From the NCBI GenBank assembly GCA_965195355.1, contig OZ239627.1, positions 73,185-137,184 on the forward strand: 64,000 bases of DNA, in the 5' to 3' direction. Origin of the DNA: Rickettsiales bacterium (GTDB lineage: Bacteria > Pseudomonadota > Alphaproteobacteria > Rickettsiales > G965195355). The notes under the pieces were generated by a model. That model ran no database searches. It was not told the origin of the DNA and saw only the letters and a program-made list of their open reading frames with translations. Both the position numbers and the translations under genes were made by a program. Positions 18,204 to 27,822 of the stretch are shown piece by piece (positions within the stretch are counted from its first letter, which is position 1; each line of letters begins with the position of its first letter).

Positions 18204-18464
18204 TCATATTTTACTTACCTTGTTGAAGCGCAAAAAATCCATCACTTTTGAATTTAGCACAGCACCAGAGGGTAGATCTTGCTCTGTGGAAACTTGCTCT
18301 TTTGAGATTCTCGCATCACTACCATGCAAACGCTTGTAATCTTGCACAGACATAGATTCTTCATTAATCTTAATCGTGCTATCTTTTTGATTAGAATTAT
18401 GTACACAGAGGTAATTCACCAAATTACCTCTCTCATTAATTCTCACAGAACAAATAAAAACCAC
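18204..18464 (-). CDS. Hypothetical small protein
   Basis: 86-aa ORF with no recognisable motif. Confidence 0.25.
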   Translation of the reverse strand: MVFICSVRINERGNLVNYLCVHNSNQKDSTIKINEESMSVQDYKRLHGSDARISKEQVSTEQDLPSGAVLNSKVMDFLRFNKVSKI

Positions 18465-18614
18465 AGGAGGAAAATTTCCAAAAGTGACATTATGTCTACA
18501 TATATTCCAACGTAATTCTATACCAGAGTAGAATCATTCTCATCATATGTCAATTCATTACATCCAAGCATCTATACTGATGTACTTTATAATATGACAA
18601 GAAGCTTGGCACTC

Positions 18615-19094
18615 TCAGTTTTGAGAATTCATGACCCACTCTCCAAGACGATAATTCATACCACAAAATGCACGCTTCAGAACACCATTGTACATCACTG
18701 TTGCACAAGTATTTTTATATTTTTTGAAATCTTCTTCATATTCCTGTAGTGCACATTGCCGTTTCTTTACAGCTATATCAAAATAATGTTGTTTTTTGTA
18801 AAGAAGTCTTTACTCATTGCAATATACGCCTTCTAAAGCATTTGTGGCATAACCGCAGAATTCAGCATGTTGTGCTTCTGAAATATTCTGACGATCCTCG
18901 TTTGTTGCAATACGAGTTATATGTATTGGTTGAAAATATACATCTTCTTCCCTATGGGAACACGTTATTTTAAATTCAATCTCCTGCAATCATGGTATAT
19001 TTTTATTATCATCACGATATGTGCGAAAACATTTGTCATCATTGGATAAACAACGATCTCTGAATAAATGATGCTCAGAATAAAGCACTCTCAT
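18615..19094 (-). pseudogene. Decayed ORF: 160 codons in one frame with two internal stops (TGA after codon 34, TAA after codon 94)
   Basis: Manual translation of the minus strand gives MRVLYSEHHLFRDRCLSNDDKCFRTYRDDNKNIP*LQEIEFKITCSHREEDVYFQPIHITRIATNEDRQNISEAQHAEFCGYATNALEGVYCNE*RLLYKKQHYFDIAVKKRQCALQEYEEDFKKYKNTCATVMYNGVLKRAFCGMNYRLGEWVMNSQN*. Open runs of 34, 59 and 64 codons in one frame are unusual for such AT-rich DNA. Confidence 0.4.
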
Positions 19095-19174
19095 TGTTGA
19101 AATATCTTCGCTATTACGTTATTACGCATAATTGTATATTAATTAATATATTAAATCAATATTACATCAAAGCA

Positions 19175-19203
19175 TTTACACAATATATATCGCATAATAT
19201 AGT
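19175..19203 (+). promoter_or_regulatory. Candidate sigma70 promoter TTTACA-17-TATAGT upstream of putA
   Basis: -35 at 19175-19180 and -10 at 19198-19203. The putA ATG is at 19225. Confidence 0.3.
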
Positions 19204-19224
19204 CGCTGTTATTTCTAAATAAAA

Positions 19225-22200
19225 ATGTTCTATTTTTCTGAATGTACTTCACAACATGGTGAAAAACTTGATGCTTTACGACAGCAAATCACTCTGCATT
19301 ATAGAGCATCAGAGCAAGATGCTGTGCATATATGTACAGAGATTGCTGAATTAGATTCCGATGTTAAACAGCGTATAAAGAAAAGAGCATCATCACTTGT
19401 TGAGGGAATACGCGATAAGCGTGATGATATGTCATTCGTAGATAAATTAATCTCAGAATATGGATTGGACATCAAAGAAGGAATTACCTTGATGTGTCTT
19501 GCAGAATGTCTTCTTCGAGTGCCAGATGCTGATACACAAGATAAGCTCATATCCGATAAGATAGGAGGAATGGAATGGACAAAATACCTCGGGAGTTCTG
19601 ACTCATGGTTTGTAAATGCATCTACTTTCGGATTAATGATAACTGGCAAATTGACAGATGAATCTGGACATAAACAAAGTTATTTTACTTCGATATTAGG
19701 GGGCATGGTTTCAAAAATGAGCGAACCTGTCATAAGAAAAGCAATGAAATTCGCAATGAGCTCAATGGGAAATCACTTCATACTCGGAACATCAATACAG
19801 GACGCATTAAAACGCGCAAAAGTAAAAGAGAAAAATGGCTATACATACTCATATGATATGTTGGGAGAGGCAGCAATGACGCAAGAAGATGCTATTCGTT
19901 ATTTTGACATGTATATGACCGCAATAGAAGAAATTGGCAAAACAGAAACAACAAGTTCAGATATACATAAAAGACCAAATATATCAATCAAGCTTTCAGC
20001 TTTACATCCGAGATATGAAGTTCTTCAGTATAATAGATTGCCAGAATTAATCGATACCACTCGCAAGTTGGCATATAGAGCAGCAGAATTGAATATAGGA
20101 CTTTGCATTGATGCAGAAGAAGCAAGAAGATTGGATCTCTCATTAGATGTGATCTATGAAATCGCAATGGATCCGAAGCTCAAAGAATGGCAAGGTCTAG
20201 GATTAGCATTGCAGACATATCAAAAACGAGCGATCCACACAATAGATTGGCTTATTGAATTGCACAAACAAAGCGGAAAACAATTCATGGTAAGGCTTGT
20301 CAAGGGAGCGTACTGGGATACGGAAATCAAGCTTTCGCAAGAAGCAGGAGTGAGTGATTATCCGGTATACACCAGAAAAGCCAATACAGATGTATCATAT
20401 GCCGCATGCACAGAAAAATTACTTGAGCACCCCGAAGCATTTTTCCCATGCTTCGCTACGCATAATGCATATAGCATTGCTAGCATCATTGAGCGCGAGA
20501 AAAAGCACGGAAATTCCAATTTTGAATTCCAGAAACTACACGGTATGGGCGATGCGTTGCATAATCTCATTATATCTGATCACAAGTGCCGCATATATGC
20601 TCCAGTAGGAAAGCATGACACATTGCTACCTTATCTCGTACGACGGTTGTTAGAAAATGGATCAAATAATTCATTTGTAAATAAAATTGCAAAGAAGAGT
20701 TTTGATCCTGAAGAACTAATAAGAAGTCCTCTGGATATCTTAGGAATGACTACAAGCGCAAAGCATGATGGTATACCTCTACCAATTGATATATTTTCTG
20801 ATACTAAGAATTCAATCGGAGTAGATCTGGACGATCTCCATAGTCTAAGAGCAAGGTTCACTAACGCAGAGATATCAAAGAATTTAGTTTCATGTCCGAT
20901 AGTTGATGGAAAGAGAATCATGAAGGATTTACAGATACATGAAATAGTATCTCCAATAGACAATAGAAGTATTGGGAAATGCCATTATGCAGATACAAAA
21001 ATCATAAACATAGCATTTGAATCTGCTCTCAAACATCAGAAAGCATGGAGCAATAAAGATGTTGAATACAGAGCAGAAATTTTGGAAAAAACAGCAGATG
21101 AATATGAAAAAAATACAGACAGATTTATTGAGTTATTAATTAATGAAGCTGGAAAAATATTATCAGATGCAATAAGCGAGATACGCGAAGCAGTTGATTT
21201 CCTGAGATATTATGCTTCACAAGCACGAAAAATCTGCAGAAAGATTATTCTAGAAGGAATCACAGGTGAGGATAATACATTGCATATCAGCGGAAGAGGG
21301 ATATTCTTGTGTATTAGTCCGTGGAATTTCCCATTTGCGATTTTCATAGGTCAAGTTGCAGCAGCACTCGTAACCGGAAATGCAGTATTGGCAAAACCCG
21401 CAGAGCAGACCTCTGCAGTTGGATCATTAGCAGTAGAGATAATGCATAAATGTGGAATGCCAAAAGAAATATTGCAATACATACCAGGACCTGGGCCAAC
21501 AATCGGAAATACAATTCTACCAAAACAAAAACTTGGCGGAGTGTGCTTCACAGGATCAACTGCAACAGCCCAATTGATCAATAAAAAGCTCGCATCACGT
21601 GATGCCCCAATAATACCCCTCATAGCTGAGACTGGAGGAATAAATGCTATGATTGTCGACTCAACTGCATTGCCAGAGCATTTCATTCGTGATGTTGTGC
21701 GATCCGCATTCCAAAGTGCCGGTCAAAGATGCTCAGCCTTGAGGGTATTGTTCTTGCAAAGTGAAATCTATGATGATTTCATGCATGGATTGAAAGGTGC
21801 AATGCAGGAGCTCGTGATCGGAAATCCGAGAGACATCAAGACAGATGTTGGACCAATCATTGACAATGAAGCACTTGAAATGCTGAATAAATATAGAAAA
21901 AGCGTCCAAGATAAGATCCTTTTCGAATGCGAAATGAAAAATCAGACTGGTAATTATTTTGCACCCATTATCATAGAATTGAATTCACTTACTGAACTCA
22001 AGAAAGAAATCTTTGGACCATGTTTACATGTAATAAAATACAAATCCTCCGAGATGAATTCAGTGATAGACAGCATCAATGCTACGGGATATGGATTAAC
22101 TTTCGGATTACAGACAAGACTTAACAAATTCGCACAAGAGGTGGCAAATAAGATTCACGCAGGGAATGTATATATCAACCGCAACCAGATTGGAGCAGTG

Positions 22201-22356
22201 GTTCGCAGCCAACCATTCGGAGGTGAAGGATTATCAGGAACAGGACCGAAAGCCGGCGGACCACATTACTTATATAGATTTATCCAGGAAAAAACAGTCA
22301 GCATTGACCTCACAGTCTCTGGTGGAAACACGCAACTTGTTACAATGGAGAGCTAA
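19225..22356 (+). CDS. putA: Bifunctional proline dehydrogenase / delta-1-pyrroline-5-carboxylate dehydrogenase
   Basis: 1043 aa. PRODH barrel (SIKLSALHPRYE, VRLVKGAYWD, ATHNA) followed by an ALDH domain (SPWNFPFAIF, ETGGINAMIVD, GQRCSALR, FGGEGLSGTGPKAGGP). No ribbon-helix-helix N-terminus. Confidence 0.95.
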   Translation: MFYFSECTSQHGEKLDALRQQITLHYRASEQDAVHICTEIAELDSDVKQRIKKRASSLVEGIRDKRDDMSFVDKLISEYGLDIKEGITLMCLAECLLRVPDADTQDKLISDKIGGMEWTKYLGSSDSWFVNASTFGLMITGKLTDESGHKQSYFTSILGGMVSKMSEPVIRKAMKFAMSSMGNHFILGTSIQDALKRAKVKEKNGYTYSYDMLGEAAMTQEDAIRYFDMYMTAIEEIGKTETTSSDIHKRPNISIKLSALHPRYEVLQYNRLPELIDTTRKLAYRAAELNIGLCIDAEEARRLDLSLDVIYEIAMDPKLKEWQGLGLALQTYQKRAIHTIDWLIELHKQSGKQFMVRLVKGAYWDTEIKLSQEAGVSDYPVYTRKANTDVSYAACTEKLLEHPEAFFPCFATHNAYSIASIIEREKKHGNSNFEFQKLHGMGDALHNLIISDHKCRIYAPVGKHDTLLPYLVRRLLENGSNNSFVNKIAKKSFDPEELIRSPLDILGMTTSAKHDGIPLPIDIFSDTKNSIGVDLDDLHSLRARFTNAEISKNLVSCPIVDGKRIMKDLQIHEIVSPIDNRSIGKCHYADTKIINIAFESALKHQKAWSNKDVEYRAEILEKTADEYEKNTDRFIELLINEAGKILSDAISEIREAVDFLRYYASQARKICRKIILEGITGEDNTLHISGRGIFLCISPWNFPFAIFIGQVAAALVTGNAVLAKPAEQTSAVGSLAVEIMHKCGMPKEILQYIPGPGPTIGNTILPKQKLGGVCFTGSTATAQLINKKLASRDAPIIPLIAETGGINAMIVDSTALPEHFIRDVVRSAFQSAGQRCSALRVLFLQSEIYDDFMHGLKGAMQELVIGNPRDIKTDVGPIIDNEALEMLNKYRKSVQDKILFECEMKNQTGNYFAPIIIELNSLTELKKEIFGPCLHVIKYKSSEMNSVIDSINATGYGLTFGLQTRLNKFAQEVANKIHAGNVYINRNQIGAVVRSQPFGGEGLSGTGPKAGGPHYLYRFIQEKTVSIDLTVSGGNTQLVTMES

Positions 22357-22359
22357 AAC

Positions 22360-22389
22360 TTGACAAGCTATGATGATTTGATGTATAAT
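22360..22389 (+). promoter_or_regulatory. Candidate sigma70 promoter with perfect hexamers TTGACA-18-TATAAT
   Basis: -35 at 22360-22365 and -10 at 22384-22389, just after the putA stop and about 110 nt upstream of ORF 22498. Confidence 0.45.
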
Positions 22390-22497
22390 GCCTACGAATT
22401 TTTATATATAATTTATGACTAACGAATATCAATTGTTCAGGTCACAGCTCATGCAAATAATGCATCAGATATAAAATTACTTAATCGTTTTAAGGAT

Positions 22498-22773
22498 ATG
22501 TGCATGTCGTGCGGAGGAGCTCGTAATGGTGTATTACTTGGCAACAACGGATACGATGCCATTCGTCAATTCATTGAAAATGCTGCGGTATTTGCAATTG
22601 AAGAAATAGAAGAGCGAGTAATAGGTAATACCCAGAGAAGAATAAACTTCCAGATGAAAAATCGAACAAAAAACACACCAGCCACAGAAGTTTCATCTAA
22701 AGCAGAAACTTACAAAAGCGCACTTGCAACAGCACAACACATGGGTGCATCAAAAGCTAGTGATGAGAACTAA
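22498..22773 (+). CDS. Hypothetical small protein
   Basis: 91-aa ORF downstream of the consensus promoter. Its 3' end overlaps the mgtE stop by 4 nt (convergent). Confidence 0.35.
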   Translation: MCMSCGGARNGVLLGNNGYDAIRQFIENAAVFAIEEIEERVIGNTQRRINFQMKNRTKNTPATEVSSKAETYKSALATAQHMGASKASDEN

Positions 22774-24146
22774 ATAAAAAACCTCCAAACCAGCCACAGA
22801 AAAATGAAGTACGCAAATGAATCTGTGGCTGCGGTCAACAAAATGCCTGACCCAATTGCTGGATCCAATTTCAATTTTCGAAGCAAAATCGGGATCCCGG
22901 CTCCTATGAAATTTGACATCGTCAATGACAATATGATCGATACCAGGAAAGTCACTGACATCTTCACAATTTCCCCCTGAGGAATTGTATGATGCAACCT
23001 TGCAAACATAAATGCTGTTGCGAAAGTAGCGAGAATCACTCCAGTAATTGCTCCCACCAAAAGCTCCTTAGTTAGGAGTCGGGAAGAGTTAATGCTTGTC
23101 AATTCACCAGTAGCCATAGCCCGAACTGCAATTGCAATTGATTGCGTACCGGCATTACCGCTCATGGAAGCCGCAATCGGCATTAGAATCGATACCGCAA
23201 TGGAAAAACTCAAAGTATTTCCGAATAATTGTATTATGAATGAAGATGCATTAGACGTCACTAGAGTCGCCAAAAGCCAAGGTAATCTCTGTTTTGTAGT
23301 CTGTAAAATACTCAAATTGACATCTCCATCAGATACACCACTGATCAAGAAAGTATCTTCTTCTGTCTCTTGTCGTACGATCTCTACAACATCTTCAAAT
23401 GGCATTACACCTATCATCCTCCCTTCATCCACGATAGGAGCCAAACTTAGATTATTATTCTGAAAGATATTAGCTGCCTCTTCTTGATCAGTCTTAACAT
23501 CTATGGCATGAAACTCAGTATCCATGATATCATGAATAGCAATGTTTGGCTTATTAAGAACTAATTTTTCCAAAGAGATCGTACCAACAAGTTGCATATC
23601 ATCCCCAACAATGAAGATTTGCTGTATATGCTCAGGCAATTTGCTATAAAGTCGCAATAAGTCCACTGCTTGCCCAATTTTCCAATACTTCGGCACCATA
23701 ATGAAATCCTTGTGTACCCATCTACCCGCGCTTTCTTCTGGATAGGATAGTATTTCAATAAGCACCTCTCTTCTTGTATCTGGAAGTAGATCTAGAAATT
23801 CCTGCCTCTCTTCTTCACATAGAACCTCAGCAATGCTCAAAACCTCATCTACATCCAATTTTGATGTAATTTCTACTAAACGCTCTAATCCCAAGTAATT
23901 TATCACATCAACTAAGACATCTTCATTGAGATTTACCAATACTTCTGGATTCAGAAATCTATTTAACATTAGAATTAATCTCTCTCTCTGATCAGCACTT
24001 GCAGTAGTAATGAATTGCACAGTATCATTCACATTCAGCTCTTTCACCACAGCAAGAGCATCTGAGATATTCCCATAATCTAATGCACTTGAGAGATTCT
24101 GTGCAATGATATTGTATTCTTCGCCAGTCATGCTCCGATAATACAC
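22770..24146 (-). CDS. mgtE: Magnesium transporter MgtE
   Basis: N-domain, CBS pair (VGTISLEKLV..., MIGVMPFEDVV) and a 5-TM channel domain containing MSGNAGTQSIAIAVRAMATGE. Confidence 0.9.
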   Translation of the reverse strand: MYYRSMTGEEYNIIAQNLSSALDYGNISDALAVVKELNVNDTVQFITTASADQRERLILMLNRFLNPEVLVNLNEDVLVDVINYLGLERLVEITSKLDVDEVLSIAEVLCEEERQEFLDLLPDTRREVLIEILSYPEESAGRWVHKDFIMVPKYWKIGQAVDLLRLYSKLPEHIQQIFIVGDDMQLVGTISLEKLVLNKPNIAIHDIMDTEFHAIDVKTDQEEAANIFQNNNLSLAPIVDEGRMIGVMPFEDVVEIVRQETEEDTFLISGVSDGDVNLSILQTTKQRLPWLLATLVTSNASSFIIQLFGNTLSFSIAVSILMPIAASMSGNAGTQSIAIAVRAMATGELTSINSSRLLTKELLVGAITGVILATFATAFMFARLHHTIPQGEIVKMSVTFLVSIILSLTMSNFIGAGIPILLRKLKLDPAIGSGILLTAATDSFAYFIFLWLVWRFFI

Positions 24147-24182
24147 AAATGAGCATACATATCTATATTCTTAATCCATCTC

Positions 24183-24210
24183 TTGACAGATTTTTTAATC
24201 TTGATACAAT
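24183..24210 (+). promoter_or_regulatory. Candidate sigma70 promoter TTGACA-16-TACAAT
   Basis: -35 at 24183-24188 and -10 at 24205-24210, 28 nt upstream of the ATG at 24238. Confidence 0.4.
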
Positions 24211-24237
24211 TTACCCAGGAAATAAGACTAGTAATAG

Positions 24238-25476
24238 ATGCCGAGCAAAAGCAACACAACCTCTAATACTCAACAAACTTCATCTCATGAAGTATCGAAT
24301 GAAGAAGATTACTTACAATTGATACATATTCCAGGAGGCATTTCCAATGCAACAAAATTTACTTCAAAAGTAAAAGGGCACGATTGGGAATTTACTGTTA
24401 TGCAATTATTTAATGAATTTAATAAATCGAATGAGACTGAGGAAACTGGTAAATATGCGAATATATACAGATCAGAATTTGATGCAACAGCAACATCTAA
24501 TATTGATCCTCTGGGTAATATGAATGGAACGTCTCTTTATCTAACAGCATCAGGTACTAACGATGACATGTATATATGCTCCACAATGCTACCCAAATCA
24601 AGATATGATACATTGAGGCATCTCGATATATTAAGACAAGCAAAAAAAATACGAGATCTCCGCGAGATAGAATCACAGCATGAGATAGCACCATCATTAT
24701 CAAGAGATGTTCTCGATGAACCAAGCAATAGTAAGAAAATATATCACAATGATCCGAGGTTTTTCCTTCAAGCAGCAGCTGGGAAATTTAACAGTCAATC
24801 TACACAAGCAAATCGAAATATGCATCAGCTATGTGCAATTGGACAAAACACATTCCTATATAATTTATCAATTTATACTAATATATTGTTATCTCCAGTA
24901 TTGGGAATATTGTGCGCAATAGCACATCGTGATTTTCGCAGAAAATATAAAATTGCATCACAAGATAATGCTACTGATGAAGAAACAAATCAAATGATAT
25001 TCTCTATGAAGAGATATTGTGTATTAAAAATAGCATCTGATGTGATGTTTTATAGCGTCGCAGGAATTGGGTTGTATTTTATCCAAAAAAAATATCATTG
25101 CGAAGGTGCTGTGATATTAACATCAATTATGCTCGGATTAATGGCATTCATTGGAATTCTAAGTGCAGCAGTGCAATTTATATTTCATAGTAGACAATAT
25201 TCCATTTCTGTTAGTAAACAACACTCCATTACTGCGCGTTGCAGTACGCTTTACTCAGAATGCTGGAAAAGTGATATAAATGATCGCATCATGCAAAACA
25301 GAGGCACTTCAGCACGTTGGATGATGACAACTATCGCAATCTCTGCTGCAAATCCCTTCACTATGGTATCAGCTATACCTGGTGCTCTAAATAAGAAATT
25401 AGATTGTTTATTTCCAAGCAGCAAACTTATAAGCACCTCAATACGATCTGAATCAACAGCAATAGGTAAAATGTGA
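24238..25476 (+). CDS. Hypothetical membrane protein (soluble N-terminal about 200 aa, then hydrophobic hairpins)
   Basis: 412-aa ORF. Closely paired hydrophobic segments, e.g. VMFYSVAGIGLYFIQKKYHCEGAVILTSIMLGLMAFIGILSAAVQFIF. No recognisable enzyme motif. Confidence 0.5.
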   Translation: MPSKSNTTSNTQQTSSHEVSNEEDYLQLIHIPGGISNATKFTSKVKGHDWEFTVMQLFNEFNKSNETEETGKYANIYRSEFDATATSNIDPLGNMNGTSLYLTASGTNDDMYICSTMLPKSRYDTLRHLDILRQAKKIRDLREIESQHEIAPSLSRDVLDEPSNSKKIYHNDPRFFLQAAAGKFNSQSTQANRNMHQLCAIGQNTFLYNLSIYTNILLSPVLGILCAIAHRDFRRKYKIASQDNATDEETNQMIFSMKRYCVLKIASDVMFYSVAGIGLYFIQKKYHCEGAVILTSIMLGLMAFIGILSAAVQFIFHSRQYSISVSKQHSITARCSTLYSECWKSDINDRIMQNRGTSARWMMTTIAISAANPFTMVSAIPGALNKKLDCLFPSSKLISTSIRSESTAIGKM

Positions 25477-25478
25477 TT

Positions 25479-26795
25479 TCATTTTTTTAAAAATCCGTGG
25501 TGCTTTGTTTTATCCCAGTAATAAGGATTCTTCAAAAGTTGATATATCGCTCGATATGATGCAAAGGGATGCAATATCCAATATAATGGGAAAATAAACG
25601 TCAATGGTATCATTGAATACCATTTATTTCGCATCACAGCTATCATTCCTGATATGACAGTGATTATATATCCTAGATCAAGATCAAAAAGAGATAAATC
25701 GTATACAAAATGATCTATCTGTACACCATTGCATGCACATATGATATATATCATCACGGCTATAGGACCTATAAGAAAAACCAATACTGGCAAACCTATA
25801 AAGAGATTTAGTGTAATAGCACTCTTTATAGAAGAAATATTGCATATATGCACAAAATATGTCTGAATATATCCCTTAATCCATCTACTTCTCTGTTTCA
25901 TCCAAGCAGATATTGAATTCACAGATTCTTCCATAGTAATGGAATCCAATATTTTGGCGTTATATCCAAAATAATGCAATCGAAATCCCAGATCTGCATC
26001 TTCAGCGAGATTATATGGATCCCAACCTCCAATCTTTCTTAATATATCAGTTTTGATGTGATTGCTCGTACCCCCAAGAGGAATTGGCATTTTCATATTC
26101 TGCAATCCAGGCAACATGTAACCAAACAAACATTCGTACTCCAGGGTAAAAAATCGAGTCAATAAATTCTGAGTACGATTATATATTCTCAATCTTGCTT
26201 GCGAACAATCAATCCCAACATTCTCCCTCAATTGCATGGGATCTGGTATATCCTCTGCATCATAAATTGTCACGTATTCACCACGCGCAAAAAACAAACC
26301 GTAATTACATGCTTTAGCCTTAGTCATGGGATTACATTTTGGAACAATAATAACATCGAAATCACCGTTATTTCTACAATTTACCTCTTCAATTGTCTCA
26401 ATATCATCTTCCTCAAGTAATATCTTGACATCCAAACTAGGATAATCAATCGCTCGTATTGATAAAAATAATTGCGATATGATCTCTTTTTCATGTAATA
26501 ATGGAACTAATATTGTATATAGTGGCAATTCGTACTCTTCAGATCGCACTACTATGGGTTGGTTTAATCCAGAAATTGTGATGATTAATTTAAAAATTAA
26601 TACTAATAGATATAAATAATCTATGGTATAAAAAAACCCAGATATACCAAATATTAATGCAATTATACAAAAAAACAGTATAATACATAGGAATTTAGAA
26701 GAATATTTTATTCCAAAAGAAGAGAATCTAGCAAGATTATCATATAAAGATCTAATAGCAAATAATAGAGCAGATCTCTTCAAATTTTCATCCAT
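25479..26795 (-). CDS. Membrane-embedded processive family-2 glycosyltransferase (PgaC/BcsA/NodC-like synthase)
   Basis: N-terminal 2 TM, catalytic core with YDAEDIPDP and the processive-GT2 signature QRSRWIKG, and C-terminal multi-TM region. Confidence 0.7.
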   Translation of the reverse strand: MDENLKRSALLFAIRSLYDNLARFSSFGIKYSSKFLCIILFFCIIALIFGISGFFYTIDYLYLLVLIFKLIITISGLNQPIVVRSEEYELPLYTILVPLLHEKEIISQLFLSIRAIDYPSLDVKILLEEDDIETIEEVNCRNNGDFDVIIVPKCNPMTKAKACNYGLFFARGEYVTIYDAEDIPDPMQLRENVGIDCSQARLRIYNRTQNLLTRFFTLEYECLFGYMLPGLQNMKMPIPLGGTSNHIKTDILRKIGGWDPYNLAEDADLGFRLHYFGYNAKILDSITMEESVNSISAWMKQRSRWIKGYIQTYFVHICNISSIKSAITLNLFIGLPVLVFLIGPIAVMIYIICACNGVQIDHFVYDLSLFDLDLGYIITVISGMIAVMRNKWYSMIPLTFIFPLYWILHPFASYRAIYQLLKNPYYWDKTKHHGFLKK

Positions 26796-27421
26796 AACGA
26801 TACAAAAAATTGATTATCATAATCCTTGGAGCTTCCATTAATTCCTACACCAGCTTCTGCAGACAAATATCCGTTGATCTCTCTAACAAGAGAGATTGAT
26901 GAATTCGCATTGCTTTCCGTATCGAGCGTCAATGACGTTATCACTTGATATTTATTCATAAATTTCAATCCTGCATTGACAGAAGATATTATATTGCGAT
27001 TGTGGAATTTAAATTCTGTCACAAAAAAGAATCCATTGTGAGAATATCCATATGATATAATACCCAATATACTCGCATTGAGATTGGGCATAGCACTAAC
27101 ACCAGCACCAGCTGATAAAACATGATCTTCATTTTGCTCAATCATGCGCATGAAATATGCATACACATGCCGTGTCACATATTGATACCCTCCAGATAAC
27201 ACCAACGCCAGATTTTTATTCACTCCTACTTCAGAATACATACTGAGATAATTCGCAGAGTCATTCGTTCGATCAACATTCATGTATTGTCTAAATATAA
27301 GATTGACATGCCCAACGGGCTCCACCCAGGGTGAAGCAAACACACATTCCGCTACATAAATGTATAACAAAAAACTAAGAAGAAATTTTCTTAAGAAAAC
27401 GATCACAGAAATTACTCTCAT
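26780..27421 (-). CDS. Putative small outer-membrane beta-barrel protein
   Basis: Signal peptide (RKFLLSFLLYIYVAECVFA/SP), then alternating hydrophobic/polar beta-strand-like segments rich in G, S, N and Y. Overlaps the GT2 start by 16 nt and the atpF 3' end by 47 nt. The ATG at 27421 is preferred over the TTG at 27454. Confidence 0.4.
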   Translation of the reverse strand: MRVISVIVFLRKFLLSFLLYIYVAECVFASPWVEPVGHVNLIFRQYMNVDRTNDSANYLSMYSEVGVNKNLALVLSGGYQYVTRHVYAYFMRMIEQNEDHVLSAGAGVSAMPNLNASILGIISYGYSHNGFFFVTEFKFHNRNIISSVNAGLKFMNKYQVITSLTLDTESNANSSISLVREINGYLSAEAGVGINGSSKDYDNQFFVSLWMKI

Positions 27422-27821
27422 TAGCAAGAATATAATCACAACATATATTCTCAATTTGAGTGCGTATTCTTTTCTCGCGCTCTAGAATCATTTCATTGAA
27501 CTTCGCTCTTGTCGATTCTTCTGCAAGTTTGATTGCTAATTCTCTTTCTTTTTCGGATTTTTTCATTGCATCTTGTATGATTCTTTTTGCTCTTGCTTGC
27601 GCATCAGAAATAATATCATTTATTCTCGAATCATGATCTTTACTAGAATAGAAATCTAGATCATGCTGTGATCTCTTCAAGTTGGATTCACTGATCTCAA
27701 TTCTAGAGATGCTGTATTGTATCTTATCATCGATCACCTTCAATATAACATGAGATACTCGTTTCCTTAATATCAAGCATAGAGATACCATTGCTGATAC
27801 TAATACAATAACAATCGACAT
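27375..27821 (-). CDS. atpF: ATP synthase F0 subunit b
   Basis: Single N-terminal TM followed by a long charged helix. Fourth gene of the a-c-b'-b operon. Confidence 0.7.
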   Translation of the reverse strand: MSIVIVLVSAMVSLCLILRKRVSHVILKVIDDKIQYSISRIEISESNLKRSQHDLDFYSSKDHDSRINDIISDAQARAKRIIQDAMKKSEKERELAIKLAEESTRAKFNEMILEREKRIRTQIENICCDYILANESNFCDRFLKKISS

Positions 27822-27822
27822 A

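Noticed and set aside
18749-18973. Track ORF 18749..18973 (+), 74 aa
   Set aside because: It lies antisense to the better-supported decayed frame on the minus strand (18615..19094) and has no motif.
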